A stretch of 64,000 nucleotides of DNA from Spirochaetota bacterium (GTDB lineage: Bacteria > Spirochaetota > UBA4802 > UBA5550). The DNA lies in the NCBI GenBank assembly GCA_963663865.1, contig OY760686.1, positions 1,504,001 through 1,568,000 on the forward strand, written 5' to 3'. Shown here one piece after another: positions 61,776 through 64,000 of the stretch (position 1 is its first letter; every line of letters begins with the position of its first letter). A program made the translations under genes and the position numbers. Below the pieces are notes generated by a model. The model did no database searches, was not told where the DNA came from, and saw only the letters and a list, made by a program, of their open reading frames with translations.

Positions 61776-61812
61776 TAACTCGCTGTATTTTCGCGGCGGG
61801 TTATTTTCGTTT
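61776..61812 (+). terminator. Intrinsic terminator after secG
   Basis: TAACTCGCTG/CGGCGGGTTA stem followed by TTTTCGTTT. Confidence 0.6.
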
Positions 61813-61850
61813 ATGATGATTTATATTAGAAATTATTGAAGGAGATTTCA

Positions 61851-63014
61851 ATGTACACGACTGACTATATTTTTACTTCAGAATCTGTCTCTGAAGGACA
61901 TCCTGACAAGGTAAGCGATCAGATATCCGACGCTGTTCTTGACGCGCACATTAGCTCAGATTCGGATTCCAGGGTGGCTCTCGAAACCCTGGTTACAACA
62001 GACAGGATAGTGCTTTCGGGCGAGATTACATCGGCTGACTGCTGTGTTGATTACGAAAAAATCGCCAGATCAGTTGTCAGAGATATAGGTTATAACAGTC
62101 CGGATCTTGGTTTTTGCGCTGATACCTGCAATGTTGATGTGTATGTTCACGCTCAGTCACAGGATATATCGCAGGGCGTAACGGAGGGGCAGGGCCTTTT
62201 CGCGGAACAGGGAGCTGGCGACCAGGGCATGATGTTCGGTTATGCCGTTGCAGAGACGGATGAGCTGATGCCGCTGCCTATCTCGCTTGCTCATCGAATT
62301 ACCAAAAAGCTGTCAGAGGTCAGGAAGAACGGCGGTGTAGACTTTCTTAGGCCTGATTCCAAGTCTCAGGTTACAGTGCAGTATAAAGACGGTAAGCCTT
62401 TCCGAGTAAACACTGTAGTTGTTTCAACTCAGCACAGTCCCGAAGTGGAGCAGAAAGATATTCGGGAAGCGGTTATTGAGCTGGCGGTTAAGAAGGTTGT
62501 ACCTGTTTCTCTGATAGATGACAATACCGAGTTCTATATTAACCCCACCGGACGTTTCGTAATCGGCGGCCCTCATGGAGATACAGGGCTTACTGGACGA
62601 AAAATCATTGTTGATACATACGGTGGAATGGGCCGTCACGGCGGCGGCGCGTTTTCAGGAAAGGACCCGTCAAAGGTAGACAGGTCGGCTGCTTATATGG
62701 CAAGATATATAGCAAAGAATATAGTTGCCGCGGGCCTTGCCTACCGTTGTGAGGTTCAGCTTGCTTATGCGATAGGCGTTGCGGAACCTGTATCGGTTAT
62801 GGTAGAAACTTTTGGAACAGGTACAGTGTCAGAATATGAAATTGTTAAGAAGGTAAGGTCGGTTTTTAAAATGAAGCCTGCCGGTATACTTGAGACACTT
62901 TCACTGAAACAGCCGATTTACAGAAAGACAACTAACTATGGGCATTTCGGCAGGGAAGATCAGGGCTTTGTATGGGAGAAGACCGACAAGTCGGAGCTGC
63001 TTAAAAAATCATGA
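61851..63014 (+). CDS. metK: S-adenosylmethionine synthetase
   Basis: [38 protein letters not shown]; RBS AAGGAG. Confidence 0.98.
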   Translation: MYTTDYIFTSESVSEGHPDKVSDQISDAVLDAHISSDSDSRVALETLVTTDRIVLSGEITSADCCVDYEKIARSVVRDIGYNSPDLGFCADTCNVDVYVHAQSQDISQGVTEGQGLFAEQGAGDQGMMFGYAVAETDELMPLPISLAHRITKKLSEVRKNGGVDFLRPDSKSQVTVQYKDGKPFRVNTVVVSTQHSPEVEQKDIREAVIELAVKKVVPVSLIDDNTEFYINPTGRFVIGGPHGDTGLTGRKIIVDTYGGMGRHGGGAFSGKDPSKVDRSAAYMARYIAKNIVAAGLAYRCEVQLAYAIGVAEPVSVMVETFGTGTVSEYEIVKKVRSVFKMKPAGILETLSLKQPIYRKTTNYGHFGREDQGFVWEKTDKSELLKKS

Positions 63015-63020
63015 AAATAC

Positions 63021-63050
63021 CGGGAGAATGCCAGGAGCATTCTCCCGTTT
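63021..63050 (+). terminator. Intrinsic terminator after metK
   Basis: CGGGAGAATGC/GCATTCTCCCG followed by TTT. Confidence 0.75.
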
Positions 63051-63083
63051 AACATCTACCCCGGCGGAGTTTTTGATGCACTG

Positions 63084-64000
63084 ATGCGCTTATCCTTTTA
63101 CATAACAGCTATTTTATTATTTCTTGTGATCCCTTTTATCGCAGGTCCGCTCATGGCCGAGGGTGAGTATTTATTTGCCTATGATGAAGGTACTGAGCCT
63201 GTGTCTCAGGAAAAAAACGAAAAGGCCACGCAGAGTGTTTCAAGAACAAACGTTGATGCTGAATTGATGTACGGGCAGTATAACAACATATATTCCACCT
63301 TCAGTATTATCCAGAACCACGACAGGTTTACATACCAGCTTAATTCCGATTTCAGGCGTTCAAACGATTTCGGATATAACAACTCATCATACAATAACAG
63401 TCAGATCGGATTTACAGGCAAGGCGGAGTTTTTTGAAAACTGGAAGTTTATTCCGCAGATTGATGTTTATAACCTTTCCCACGGCATGTTCGACAACTCA
63501 TCTTTCAGCCGTGAGGAGAAGGATAAGATTGCCGTTGTTTTTAAAAATGAGTATAAACCGACGCCAACACGCTGGAACTTCAATCTGGGCGGGGTTCAGT
63601 ATGTTCACAGGCTAACATCAAGGACGGCTGACTCGGTTGAAAGCAGTCTTTATAAGGTTTTCGAAGAGGTGGAATGGGAGTATATCCTCTCCCCATCTAA
63701 CAAGTTTTCTATTAAGCATTCACTTGAGCAGTATACATATGATTCTGACGAAATCGGCTCGGATATAACTTACATTTCTAATGAGTTCAGCGGAGGTTTC
63801 CGTTTCAGCGAGTTTTTTCAGCTTGGTATTACGGGCATAGTTGATTGGGATAGAGACGAAGGCCTTTTTCCGGCAGCAAAAATTCAGCTTGGTACTGTAG
63901 GGCTTAAGTACATATCCTTTGATATTGGATACAGAAATGAACTCGTTCCATTTAGGCCTGATGATATATACTTCAGCCAGAATTTTGTACTTCCAGACAG
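63084..64000 (+). CDS. Partial exported protein, probable outer-membrane beta-barrel (runs off the window; absent from the ORF track)
   Basis: My translation MRLSFYITAILLFLVIPFIAGPLMAEGEY... stays open to the window end; signal peptide; alternating aromatic/polar strands. Confidence 0.7.
   Translation, partial: MRLSFYITAILLFLVIPFIAGPLMAEGEYLFAYDEGTEPVSQEKNEKATQSVSRTNVDAELMYGQYNNIYSTFSIIQNHDRFTYQLNSDFRRSNDFGYNNSSYNNSQIGFTGKAEFFENWKFIPQIDVYNLSHGMFDNSSFSREEKDKIAVVFKNEYKPTPTRWNFNLGGVQYVHRLTSRTADSVESSLYKVFEEVEWEYILSPSNKFSIKHSLEQYTYDSDEIGSDITYISNEFSGGFRFSEFFQLGITGIVDWDRDEGLFPAAKIQLGTVGLKYISFDIGYRNELVPFRPDDIYFSQNFVLPD

Noticed and set aside
61749-61850. tRNA-Leu after secG or SAM riboswitch before metK
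   Set aside because: No cloverleaf or GTTCRA T-loop, and no SAM-I ATC...GAT core; only a terminator-like hairpin.
1-64000. CRISPR array, integron, prophage or IS element
   Set aside because: No regularly spaced repeats, attC-like sites, recombinase, transposase or phage genes recognised.

Overview
This is mostly a housekeeping chromosome segment, probably from a spirochaete (inferred from a Treponema/Borrelia-type CheY N-terminus, an orphan FliG, lipoprotein signal peptides and the HDOD/HATPase proteins). Recognisable genes include rnfB, fliG, a DEAD-box helicase, rsgA, nrnA, glyQ, hisF, rmuC, trpC/trpF, glmS, eda, mreBCD-mrdA-rodA, queC, comF, bactofilin, amrS, type III glnA, rsmA, tpiA, secG and metK. 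I found no rRNA, tRNA, CRISPR array, integrase or transposase. The most striking part is an AT-rich accessory locus at about 1.6-6.6 kb. It holds a lipoprotein-anchored thermolysin-family (M4) protease whose RBS-linked ATG is out of frame across an 8-bp tandem repeat (possible phase variation), then a beta-propeller lipoprotein. A second module follows, made of a start-less but stop-free copy of the protease 3' end and a paralogous propeller lipoprotein. Near-identical GC-rich blocks bracket divergent AT-rich cores, which resembles the orphan cassettes of polymorphic toxin loci. Other oddities are a UvrD helicase lacking the 2B subdomain, a GH3 lipoprotein with its catalytic nucleophile replaced (D to Q), a CheY with Glu at the phosphoacceptor site, a metallopeptidase-PD40-Omp85 fusion and a frameshifted TPR gene. 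All calls are from reading motifs by eye; no database searches were run.
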